Positions 30,795-42,705 of a DNA stretch of 64,000 bases are shown in pieces. Position 1 is the first letter of the stretch, and every line of letters begins with the position of its first letter. A program made the position numbers and the translations under genes. Origin of the DNA: Tubiluchus corallicola. Lineage: Eukaryota > Animalia > Priapulida. The stretch lies in contig JAQGDQ010000340.1 of assembly GCA_030141605.1 (NCBI GenBank), forward strand, positions 1-64,000, given 5' to 3'. Under the pieces are notes generated by a model. The model was given only the letters and a program-made list of their open reading frames with translations. It had not been told where the DNA came from and did not search any database.

Positions 30795-32341
30795 TATAGA
30801 AGAATAGTGCTGAATAGTAGATTTTGAGCAAACTACAAACGAAGACTGGGAAGCTTGAAGGTTATATAGTAGGTGCCGTTTAATACTTACGTTTAATGGA
30901 ATGAGTCCGCCTAGTTGACCCAGAATTATCTGGAACGAGGCGAGGAGGCAGGAGGGAAGCTGCCCTCCAAGGGCAAATGTATTGTACATTTTCATGGCAA
31001 AAGCTGGTTATTTTCTGGGAAAATAATTCTTTTTCAAAAATTTCAAAACTCAAGATCTCAATGTTCAAAAATTGTTTACATACTGCACTCTTCTCTTTTA
31101 CTGAATGGAAACAAAGTGTTTCTTGTACGGCGAATTGCTTTAAATTATAATATTTTTAAAGTTAATAATAGTATCAAATCTAGTTCATTAAACCCTACGC
31201 GTCCCTTACACACTTTTTAAATACATGCTCATCAATGTACCGACATTTAAAGTAAGAATTACACATTTAGTCGCTTTGAGTTTTCCAATGCTAGTTATCC
31301 TATTCACATTGTTCCACGGCTTAGTCTTTTTCTTATTTTAAAAAGCAAACTTACACATGTACAATTCCTTCGTAGCTTCCAAGTTTCAGTACTGTTCTTT
31401 AATATGGCACTTTTCTTCAAAAACTAGCACCAATATGACAGAAAAAATACAAAAATGGCATTTACGCTTTATATAATGATTTTTCAAGCTGGTATGACGT
31501 ACAATCGTCCAGGGTCGGTTCTTCACGTGACAAGGATGAACAATTTAGTCAAAACTGCCTAGAAAATGCTAAACAACTCTGGACCTGACTATTTGCATAA
31601 TTTAATTAACAAGAAACCTGTTACAAGGTAACTGGGCTGTAACAACAATCTGCAGATTCCTCGCTTTAGTACAGTGACCTGAGGGAAATGTGTGTCAGGT
31701 TCAGAGTTGCCCAGCTCTGGATATACCTAACTATTTAAAGCAAGTACAAATATTAAGCAGCTACAAAGTTACTAAAAACTTGTAAAGGAGATAAACGCAA
31801 ATATACTTTTTGCACCTAAAATTTACAAAATAATTTTCATTCAAGAAATATGAGGCGTAAATCCAATAATTTAGCGTGTGAACTTTTACTGATTGTTTTT
31901 ATTCAATTTTTCATATCAAAACTATAATAAACAATGTGATGTATAACTGCTCTATTTTTCTGTGAATGCGTAGTTGGACCTCTTTGTAAACCGTCAAGGT
32001 GTTTTAAATATTACAACATCTTAGAATGTAAATTTCTCTTGTGCTATTTGCAAAAGTACATACTTTTAGATTCACATTGAAGATAGTTTAGGGTTGTTTC
32101 GATGTAGTTTTAGTTACCTGTTTTATTTATTTTTTGTTAAATTCTAATCGTTAAAAAGCTTTAATGCAAAAAGCTTTGATGCCATTTTGCAAAACATTGA
32201 TTGTCCTTAGACTCAGTTTTACAGTATGTTTCAATTTCTAGCTGCGATGTTTTCGTCGCATAAAATCATATGATTTTTTCTGATCGAGGTCGCAAAAATT
32301 TTTGTTTTAATAATCACGCAATTATTTTAAAATGTTTTCAG

Positions 32342-32490
32342 CGGATTTTGTACCATGCAATACTTTAGACGGTTTTATGACCGTACATACAGGAGTTTCA
32401 CGTGGTGACTCCACGCCTCAAGATCCAAACGTCCTCACTTTTACGTCAGGAACGACCACGCAAACTATCGCACAAATCACCTTTTGTATG
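32342..32490 (+). CDS. Pentraxin/LamG-like gene exon (P)DFVPCNTLDG...TIAQITFCM
   Basis: ttttcag acceptor, ATG|gtaatg donor, 149 nt, phase 1/0; gives ITFCM-WLR, the pentraxin FTxCxW motif. Confidence 0.82.
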
Positions 32491-33105
32491 GTAATGAGAC
32501 GACACTTTCGTTATTTTAAAACTTTGCTGTTCAAACCATGTGTTATTGCGTATATAGAATTGATATAACAAAATGATATCAGAATCTCAGTCACCTCACT
32601 GACTGTAACTGAAGCTATATGCCTTATATAACACAAACTTAATTAATTCTTGATGACAAGAACAGTGATAATGAAAAAAATCCCTTTTTAAGAAAGCAGG
32701 AAAACCTCGAGATTTAAAATTACCGATGTAGATTATTTACAGGTGAAAAAAGGAAAAAGATCACACGGATTTACTAATACTAATTTCTGAGGATTTTTTT
32801 ATATTGTTACATATAACGACACATTTAATTCCATGAAGATTTTTTCCTTTTTTACCTGTAAGTAAAACTACGGTGATAGCATGAAACGTCATATATGTAT
32901 ATATGAGGCAATCTCAGTATTTTAAGTGTCATAATTTATTAAGTGTGATGCATCATTAAAATATTATTTAGTTTGTGGGCTTAATGTCATGGTAGTACAT
33001 GTACTTCTAAATCAGGATTAATATTGGAGTATACACTTTGTTTTGACTTAGAATCATCATTCAATCTTCGAAATCGATGCCCAGCATCGTCCACACATTT
33101 ATATA

Positions 33106-33660
33106 GGTTTTACATGTCAAATGTAGACCTGCGTTAACTCAAATGTAGATTTAGGTAATTCAAATGTTTCCTGGTAAGTCAAATGTAGACGTAGGTAGCT
33201 CAAATGTGTTATCAATGGTTTTCAACAAATCTTGAGCGCTTCTGGTAAGTCAAATGTAGACACATGTCCAGTCAAATGTGACATTGGTATCTCAAATGTG
33301 GATAGGTGTTAAAGTTTAAGGATGTTAAATTTAATCTTCTTTAATTTCAATTTAATAATTGCTCCTAAGTTAAAATAACAACTTTATAGGCCTACTAATA
33401 GACGCACTATCTTTGGTTTATGTTTTTCTAATTTGCACTTAAATAACTTAATTACCGATTTATTTAAAGTAATGCATCTGCATTTGACTTACTTAAGTCA
33501 CATTTGAGTTACCAAAACACATTCGAATTTCCTATGTCTACATTTGACTTACCTAAGTCACATTTGAGTTACCAAAACACATTCGAAATTCCTATGTCTA
33601 CATTTGACTTACCTAAGTCACATTTGAACTTTCCCGTGTCTACATTTGATGTGTAAAACC
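33106..33660 (+). mobile_element. TCAAATGT foldback MITE, copy 2
   Basis: Same termini, TATA flanks and core as copy 1. Confidence 0.88.
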
Positions 33661-33846
33661 TATAGTGTAAATGATTTCAAAACCATTTCTAAAATTGTGA
33701 AAATCTTCACATTGGTAATGCATGACGTGTTAAGTCTCTTATGGTTTCGCTAGTCATACAAATCTATGAACGTGACTCGTCTAAATTAAAAAGGCCATGA
33801 AGGGCATTCACCAGCCTCATACTAATAAACCTTTTCCTGTTTGAAG

Positions 33847-33992
33847 TGGCTGAGACTCTTTCCGCCAAGCAGTACTGGCTATCTTTTGTCAACATTCACT
33901 GGCTCAGATGGGTATTACCTTATAATGGGAGTGACCGATAAAAACGCCATTGTAGTCGCAGCACGTGACAGTGGTGGAACAATTCAAAGAAA
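33847..33992 (+). CDS. Pentraxin/LamG-like gene exon WLRLFPPSSTGYLLSTF...DSGGTIQR
   Basis: ctaat branch plus pyrimidine tract and gaag acceptor, AA|gtgagt donor, 146 nt, open frame, phase 0/2. Confidence 0.82.
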
Positions 33993-34025
33993 GTGAGTTA
34001 ACTGATAATTATTACGTATACTTTA

Positions 34026-34307
34026 GGTTTTACAGGTCAAATGTAGACTTAGGTAACTCAAATGTGTCTTGGTAACTCAAATGTAGACTTAGGTAGTTCA
34101 AATGTGTTAACAATGGTTTTCAACAAATCTTGAGTGTTTTTGGTAAGTCAAATGTAGACACATGTCAAGTCAAATGTCCTATGTCTACATTTCACTTACC
34201 TAAGTCACATTTGAGTTACCAAAACACATTCGAAATTCCTATGTCTACATTTGACTTACCTAAGTCACATTTGAACTTTCCTGTGTCTACATTTGACGTG
34301 TAAAACC
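34026..34307 (+). mobile_element. TCAAATGT foldback MITE, copy 3 (core deleted)
   Basis: Same termini; central AT-rich core missing. Confidence 0.85.
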
Positions 34308-34464
34308 TATTCAAACTACTAAATCATTTCCGCAATAGGCTAGTAAAACCTAAATTAGGCTAAATTAAATTAGGCATACGTTGTTCAACTTTAAGCACGT
34401 GATTATTATCAAGATAGAAAAGACTTCGTAATTAACAATGTTGATTTCCGTTTCTACTGAACAG

Positions 34465-34577
34465 AACTCACGATAATCTGGGAAACCTGCTTGAAGATGG
34501 GCATTGGCATCATCTGTGCATCACTTACGATGCTTTAACTGCAGAATGTCAAATCTACGTGGACGGAGAGCTAGAAG
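34465..34577 (+). CDS. Pentraxin/LamG-like gene exon THDNLGNLLEDGHWHHLCITYDALTAECQIYVDGELE
   Basis: acag acceptor, G|gtaact donor, 113 nt, phase 2/1; DGxWHHLCIT and IYVDG are diagnostic pentraxin/LamG motifs. Confidence 0.9.
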
Positions 34578-34654
34578 GTAACTACACCTTTAACACTATA
34601 CGGAGAAGATATCGGTCGCGTTCTGAATTTTCATAATCAGTTTCGCACCATTAA

Positions 34655-35110
34655 CCCTTTCATACCCGTTGTATCCCGTGGGATATGAGAATATTTTCTG
34701 CCTTTAAAATTAATAAAATTTTAAAACTGACAGTTTATTGATCTGTTAATAGTTATTTTGATTTAAGCCAATAACAATAGACTAAAAATGGTGATAAAAT
34801 GGCAAACTAGAAAATCTACATAACATAAAAAACTGTGCAAGGTACAGTACTTTAGAGACGACTTTGTACAGATTAGCATAGCATGCATACTAAATGTCTT
34901 AAATACTTTGAAAAATTATCAGCAGTTGCAAAATGAAGCACATTTCATGCTTCCATTGAATCCCAATTTTTCCGTGGGATACAGGCTATATTTAGCACAC
35001 GGGCACAGGTAGAAAAAAATTAGTATCATGTGTAAACAAGATGGACATACTGAACAAAAGTAGCAAATCAAAAAAATTTCTTTTAAAAAATTAATTTGGG
35101 ACTCAAAGGG
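34655..35110 (+). mobile_element. piggyBac-like MITE
   Basis: TTAA|CCCTTT ... AAAGGG|TTAA. Confidence 0.88.
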
Positions 35111-36254
35111 TTAATGATCTTTGTCCACTTGTACCCCTATTTACACTGCAAGTTGTGGAGTTATTTTACCCCTGCGTCATTTAACAACACATTGTCTGGG
35201 CGCCGAGAATCGTGAGTTCATCTACCTCAGGTGTCGAGCGGTATACACCTTGTTTACATTAAAAATAAATTTACAAATAATAATAATAATAAATAAAATC
35301 AGCGAAATCTGCGTCTTGCTATTCAAGTAAAATACACGTAGTGATCTTTCTGTCTGCGTGACTTTACAATAGAATTGGTTCTAAAAAGGCCACAGTTGCT
35401 AGTATGCTTTACATAAAACTTTATTTATTTATTTTAAATGGATTAACATGCAGGAATATTACTGATCGAAGTATTTCCACTATGTGCAATTCCTACAAAT
35501 ACATTTTAGTCGAGAACAGGTATATGTAATTGGTTAGCTTTATGAATGCAATTACATAGAAAGTTAGTTCAAAACTACATTCACCTGAAAATTATGACGT
35601 ACCTGGTAGATTTCGATTCCGTAAACGCACTACTTAAATTAATTTCTGCATATTGCCTAATGTTTATGAAAAAAATTACAAAATTAGGCATCTATTTTAT
35701 GGTAAAAATTTATTATAGTTTTGAAGGAAATTGACAGTGCACTGCTTTTCTTCAGTCGATGGTGGCATGATGACGTCATTGATGGAAAGAATAGGCGTTC
35801 AAAATGGAAGCACCCAAGCGTGTATTCATTGCAACTTTAAACGGATTTTATTAATTATACGAGACGCTTATCACATCTTTTTTTTATTAAATTCTTCTAA
35901 TATTTTTCGTGAACTTTTGAAATAAGCCTAACTTCCCAGAAAGGATGGTTTTTCCTTTAATTCATAATTTGTGGTCTGACAAATTCCAGGGAGGAATTTT
36001 GATGACAAAAAATCATCACAAATTGCAGTGTCTAATGATGAACGAGACTTGCATAGCATAACGAAAAGAAAACAGGATGATTTTTCATACCATACCCCAT
36101 TTTGAAGTACGGTAAAAAGTATACATCTTAATACCACGGCAATAATTCTTTCACGTAAGTCGTTCTTGAAAAAATAATGCATCTTTCCTTTCAATATTTT
36201 AAAGAGTAGATTGTTTTGACCTACAGTTTAAGATTGGGCCCGGTTTTCCTTTAA

Positions 36255-36693
36255 CCCTTTCATACCCGTTGTATCCCGTGGGATACGAGAATATTTTCTG
36301 CCTTTAAAATTAATAAAATTTTAAAACTGACAGTTATTTGATCTGTTAATAGTTATTTTGATTTAAGCCAATAACAATAGACTAAAAATGGTGATAAAAT
36401 GGCAAACTAGAAAATCTACATAACATAAAAAACTGTGCAAGGTACAGTACTTTAGAGACGACTTTGTACAGATCAGCATAGCGTGCATACTAAATGTCTT
36501 AAATACTTTAAAAAAATATCAGCAGTTACAGAATGAAGCATATTTTTTGCTTTTGTTGTTTCTAAAAAAGTCGGATTTTGTTTTTTTGCACATGACAAAG
36601 AATGTTGTGTATCCCACATGATACATTGGGAACAAAAGTACCAAGCCAAAAATTGTTTTTCTTTTTAAAAAAATAATTTTGGGACTGAAAGGG
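36255..36693 (+). mobile_element. piggyBac-like MITE inserted in the TTAA at the end of a Kolobok-like element
   Basis: TTAA|CCCTTTCA ... TGAAAGGG|TTAA; 5' part near-identical to the 34655 copy. Confidence 0.88.
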
Positions 36694-36876
36694 TTAAGTA
36701 AGTATTCTTGAAGCTGTTGTTAAGCTGTTGCAAACAAGTCACATTCTTACGGCAATTTTTTGCTCTGTACAGTATTCTATGCTGATTAAGTGTTTATGTG
36801 ACTGATTACTACAAACGTAAACTTAGGTTAACTCAATTTGGCTAAATAATTATAATCTGGAAGACAATATACTATA

Positions 36877-37372
36877 GGTTTTAAACGGCAAATGTAGACA
36901 CAGGAAAGTTCAAATGTGACTTAGGTAAGTCAAATGTAGACACAGGAAAGTTCAAATGTGTTTTGGTAACTCAAATGTGACTTAGGTAAGTCAAATGTAG
37001 ATGCAATACTTTGAATAAATCGGTAATTAAGTTATTTAAGTGCAAATTAGAAAAAGGTAAACCAAAGATAGTGCATCTATTAGTAAGCCTATAACGTTGT
37101 TATTTTAACTTAGGAGCAATTATTAAATTGAAATTAAAGAAGATTAAATTTAACATCCTTAAACTTTACCTCCTATCCACATTTGAGATACCAAAGTCAC
37201 ATTTGACTTGACATGTGTCTACATTTGACTTACCAAAAACGCTCAAGATTTGTTGAAAACCATTGTTAACACATTTGAACTACCTAAGTCTACATTTGAG
37301 TTACCAAGACACCTTTGAATTACCTAAATCTACATTTGAGTTAACGCAGGTCTACAGTTGACATGTAAAACC
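36877..37372 (-). mobile_element. TCAAATGT foldback MITE, copy 4 (inverted)
   Basis: Core is the reverse complement of copies 1 and 2; TATA flanks. Confidence 0.88.
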
Positions 37373-37557
37373 TATATTACCCGCATGTTGTTCATATTGT
37401 TGCCTCGTTATTTGTATGTTTGAATTTATATAAAAGTTGGTGTTTTCCACAAGGGAGCTGGGCACAATAGATAACATTAAATACAGTGTTCTTGGATTAA
37501 ATGAACTGTAATCACTACCATTATTGTGTCGCTAATTAATAGGATCATTATTATATA

Positions 37558-38219
37558 GGTTTTACACGTCAAATGTAGACACATTGAAGTTCAAATGTGA
37601 CTTAGGTAAGTCAAATGTAGACATAGGAATTTCGAATGTGTGTCGGTAACTCAAATGTGACTTAGGTAAGTCAAATGTAGACTTAGGAATTTTGAATGTG
37701 TTTTGGTAACTCAAATGAGACTTAGGTAAGTCAAATGTAGATGCGGTACTTTGAATAAATCAGTAATTAACTCATTTAAGTGCAAATTACGAAAAGGTAA
37801 AACGAAATTAAAATTGTATTTTATGGTCATGGTGCTATCGACAGCATCACTTTCCAATGAACAGTGAATCACTAATCAGTTTTTTAAGTAATGCATTAGC
37901 ACTGCATTAAGGAATTAGTTTCTCTCAAGAAACATTGCTTATCTTAAGAATGTATTGTTTTCTCAAACAGTTCCAATGGTATGTAAAGTTTACAGAATAT
38001 TAGTGAACTATTAGTAGACCTATAAAGTTATTATTTTGACACCTATCCACATTTGAGATACCAATGTCACATTTTACTTACCAAAACCGCTTAAGAATTC
38101 TTGAAAACCATTGTTAACACATTTGAACTACCTAAGTCACATTTGAGTTACCAAGACACATTTGAATTACCTAAATCTACATTTGAGTTAACGTCGGTCT
38201 ACATTTGACATGTAAAACC
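37558..38219 (-). mobile_element. TCAAATGT foldback MITE, copy 5 (inverted, with about 200 bp of different internal sequence)
   Basis: Same termini and TATA flanks; 37803-38008 is absent from the other copies. Confidence 0.85.
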
Positions 38220-38321
38220 TATAGTTCAGCGCTGCGTGCGCGAGTACCACTGGAACTGGAACTACTTTTTTCGCCGTTTTGCCTTACTTTTAAAACAATT
38301 TAAGACTTACGTATTTTCCAG

Positions 38322-38483
38322 CTAGCGGAACGATCGTAGGAATAATGACGCCTGACGACTTCGGCACCCAGTTAACTGTGGATATTGGTCATGCGCCTGA
38401 CTTCATCCCCAAATTTTTTGATTACCAAGGTTTAATCACGGATGCCATAACGTTTTCAAGCATTCTATCGGGGACGAGCATTG
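38322..38483 (+). CDS. Pentraxin/LamG-like gene exon (A)SGTIVG...DYQGLITDAITFSSILSGTSI
   Basis: ttttccag acceptor, G|gtaagt donor, 162 nt, phase 1/1; (F/Y)xGxIxD..F...LS...I motif of the LamG/pentraxin C-terminal strands. Confidence 0.85.
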
Positions 38484-38527
38484 GTAAGTAGTGCCATCAA
38501 AGTACAACAAACATGTTGCTCAGCCGA

Positions 38528-38925
38528 TAGGGGTGAGCATCGAACGTTCGAGTTCGAACGTTCGAATCGAATTCGAACGCTCGAATTCGATTCGAACGAG
38601 TTTTTTTAGTTCGAACTCGATTCGAATCCAAAACTTTAGATTCGAATAATTCAGCACTTCAATCACATATGTTCCTGATCTCTAAAATGATTGAAACAAC
38701 AAGCAATTAGCGTAATTTAGCAGTGATTTCTGTGCACAACTTTAAACAAATTACTAGTCGTTTTACTGCAGAACAAAATCTAGTGATACACATGATCTTT
38801 GTAAGACTAATTTTTACTGGTGGTTCGAAAACTTGTTCGAAAGTCGTTCAATCTCAATTCGAATTCGACACACTGAAGTTCGGTTCGATTCGAATTCGCT
38901 TTCTGGTAAAGAATGCTCACCCCTA
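38528..38925. mobile_element. hAT-type MITE with TTCGAA subterminal repeats
   Basis: 13-bp TIR taggggtgagcat/atgctcaccccta; perfect 8-bp TSD tcagccga (38520-38527, 38926-38933). Confidence 0.93.
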
Positions 38926-41900
38926 TCAGCCGAACGACTGCAGCCTTATTAATTTTTGTAACAAGGATTTAAATGCAACGCATGCACAGACTTAGACTTG
39001 ATGGCATGTTGTAGAAATACTGCATTTGATTGGATAAAAAAACAGTAAATTTATCGAAACATACGGCGGTATTCAAATCTATGTTTAGGCATGAGTTTTA
39101 ACAAAAGTTTTTGGCTGAACGTTTTTTTTATTTTCTTAACCCTTTTTTCTGTTAAAGACATATGCTGCATTTGCACATTCGTCGTTCTTTCCAAATTGTA
39201 AACCTATATTTCATTTGTAACATCTATAAGCCAATTTGTGCTCCGTTTTTATTAATCCAAATGAATATAAACGCGTATGAGTACCAGCGAGGTTAATCTC
39301 GTCAGGAGGAGTGCAAATTTTATCATCTGTAGCCAAGTACAATCCGATCTGTTTTTTGTTCCTTTTGCACATTTATTGCCAATTATTAGTCACAGAATGA
39401 TTTAATTCTCCTGTAATCGCTAATGTCGATTTTTGCTCTAAGATAGGTAGTCATTTCCTGAGAAGCAAAATATTACTACTTATTTTTACGTACACTTGAC
39501 TATCGACTGGCTGTTTTCAGAAAAGCAGTGTTGGTACGTCCTTCTTGAGCGCAAAGGTCTAATTCGAACCTAAGGAAAAAATATGCGGAAATTTTCACAA
39601 TACCATTCACAAAGCCATTCACAATACTTTACTCATTTTCCTGAAGCTAAGCAATGACAAACCAAGAATAAACACAACTCAACGTTATTTTGTTGTTATT
39701 CTGGCACAAAATCGCTCACATAGTACAGAATCCGAATGGACACGTTTTTGGTCGAGGGACCAAATCGCTGCTGATCTGGATTTTGTTACTTTTGTTGCTG
39801 TTACTGAGCGATAACGTTTTGAAAAAAGCTTCTTGAATTCGCAACGGATCGTCATGAAACTTTACAGGAATATGACAGAATGACTCCACATCCACTGAGA
39901 CCTTGTGCAAATGATTCAATAATTTAAATGTTGTTACTAATGTTCTATTAGAATGGTGTAGTATTTCTCGTTCAGCCATTTTGAATTTAAGATGGTGGCA
40001 ATATATATATATGTATAACTGAGTATAGCAATGACACAATAACATTGACAATAATATTGCGCTATATTGATATTGTGCAATATTATTGAGTTTCTGTAGG
40101 AGATAATTAAGATTACGCAATATTAATATGTCGTACACTGTATTGCGTAATATTATTGTTAATGATAGTGTGTGATATTATTGCATCGTGTGCATGCTCC
40201 TTATGTAAACCACAATGGATCATCATGAAACTCTGCAGGAATATACCATGATTCCATATCCACTGACGCATTGTAAATGCTTTATAACACTAATTGGCAA
40301 TTCGAGCGGTGAAATATTTTGTCATTTTTTTCTGTAAAATTATTGAAAAAATGCGAATTTTCATCAGTTTCATATCTTTAGGCTAACCGTTCTTTTAAAA
40401 GTTTATAATTAACTAAAAATGTGTTTTATTATAAATATATTTTGTATATTCTTCCCTACAAATAGAGAGATTGTAAGTAGCCTTTTCAAATAAAGTTTTA
40501 TCCACCCCATAAGCGTCTAATGATCTAATAATTAAAATATCGTTACTAATCAGTTTTATTAGAAGGATGTGATATTTCTTGTGACATAACTGAAGATTAT
40601 TTTGTCTTGTAAGCCAATGTGATAGCGCCCTGTCTTCGTGCACTATCGGACGTACTACTGTCCAAGCTTGATCTTTTATTTTGAATGCCTGTGCAAGCCA
40701 AATAAACACTGTTTTATTTTTATTCTTAACAATTAGATTAATATTAATATGTTGCGATATTATAGTACTGAGTTATTTGAACTTAAAATACTTCTTTACG
40801 AGGTGAAGAGATGAAGCAGTTTAGTTTTGCATATGTACAGCTGTGAAATCCGCACAGGTAATCTAGTTATGTTTAACGCATACTTGCCTCTCATTGGTTA
40901 TTTTAAAAATGCATAAACACAGGTGATTCCTACAGGTCGTGGAGAAGTGAATTTCTCGATCTAGCTATACAGTTGATACTTGGTTTTTGAGCGTATTGTT
41001 GCGTGTGGCAGGCACGTCTAAAGTCTGCCCACACTTGCTCAGTTCGAACATCTCTAACGAGATTGATTGAGATGTTTTGATTTATACTATTGTTGAACTT
41101 CCTCAAATGATATAAACGGAATAAAAACGGCATGTTAATATGGTCAATGGAATACGGAACTTAATCTAGACTTGTATTGGTGAAATTCCCAGCAAGTTGG
41201 CAGACGGAGTCGAGCAAGCTAGACTGGCGAGGAAGTTGTAGCTATCATGTCAGTGGTGAGGCGAAGGGGTGGTGGTCCTTGAGGTGAGCTGCCAGCGGCT
41301 GTCGGAACTTAGTGGAATCGAATGACCGATGGTATGGTATGAATCGATAACGCATGGAATAGAATGGAATGTTGCAGATGCGTTTACAAAGTCTAGTGAT
41401 GAAACCATCGTCATGGAATGGAAATGGAATGGTGACGCAGTTAATGCCAGGACTGGAATTCCGACATGGTAAACCCGGTTCCGGTATGCTTGTAGCCTCG
41501 TATATACTTGTACAGTTTTGCTTCAATGATCTGTGCACAGTTTTTTTTATGCATATTATATTTGTAATTAAATAAAGCAATTGAATTTAATACCCAGTTT
41601 ATTTAGACTAATAGAGATTGTTAATTTCTTCTAAATATTACATCACAACAGTGACGACATTACACGTTAGGGAAATAACACAGAACCCTTAACACGTGCT
41701 TTAGGAAAGGCCGTCACAGCCAACCTCTCAATACGAGCATCTTGCAATACATTCCCAGTGTATTCAAAATTAAATACCGATTTTTAGAACATATGCAATT
41801 TAATCTAGCATTCTATAATTATTTGTTTTTTTTTATTTTTACAAACATGCATTTCCTGAAAGTGTTTAAAACGAAGCCAGCCTTAGTCATCTGACCTAAG

Positions 41901-42388
41901 CTTTAATAGTATCTGCCGCCTATCAATCACACTTGTTTTTACACTTGTTGTTCTAACGTAGTTAGATTTTCTGTTGCAGCTATGTTGATCATGCCGTTTG
42001 GTGATACTTGCATTGCTTTGTCTATTTTGTTACAATGTAACAGTCACTAATTGTATTTTCAAGCCAACTTGTCACCAGTAAATGTCAGTCACCATCTACT
42101 TTAATAATTAGTTAATAGTTTAAATTGGTTAGAATTGCTTCAAATCTCTAGAATCATAAAGTAATAAGTTGTGTTTCAGTCTTCTAATTTTTCATTTTGT
42201 CTAAATACTAATAACCTTTAGCACGTTCTTAAGCACTTCTTGCGATCTGTTATTTTAATAAATTGCAGGTCTATCGCACAGTTCAAAAATGACTTTTGCC
42301 GTTTCTTTGCCTGGACTGGGCGCATCCACAATATATATATATATTAGAAACTGAGTCAAAACATCTAAACATGAGCATTTTCTTGCAG

Positions 42389-42653
42389 AACGCATGTCAA
42401 CAACTTGTTATAACAGACACGGTGATCTCACGTCATGGAAAATTGAAAAGAACTTGGTAATGCTCGGCGATGTTAGCATACATACGCCCAGCACCTGCCC
42501 TTATTATGGAAGAGAACCAGAGATGTGCATTCCCAGACTAACAGAGAAGCAATGGGATAGTCTGTGGAAGAGATCTTCAGTTAACAGTCAAAGAATAAGG
42601 CGACTTGAAGATGAGCTCCGTTATTATCTGGAGTCATATGGCTACGGGAAAAA

Positions 42654-42657
<4 letters not shown>
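42389..42657 (+). CDS. Pentraxin/LamG-like gene terminal exon (E)RMSTTCYNRHGDLTSW...LGDVSIHTPSTC plus tail ending SYGYGKK*
   Basis: ttttcttgcag acceptor in phase 1; I..M...C....GD..SW......LGDV.I....C matches the pentraxin domain end; TAA at 42655-42657. Confidence 0.8.

Positions 42658-42705
<48 letters not shown>

Noticed and set aside
31455-31491. Alternative first exon MAFTLYIMIFQA for the pentraxin gene (G|gtatga, phase 1)
   Set aside because: Phase fits, but 28984-29038 gives a much better signal peptide and splice sites; cannot be excluded without RNA data
41980-42657. Separate three-exon secreted peptide gene (CRLVILALLCLFC signal-like frame, 42269-42330, 42389-42657)
   Set aside because: It needs a frameshift near the ATG and a missing GT donor; 42389-42657 is better explained as the in-phase pentraxin C-terminal exon
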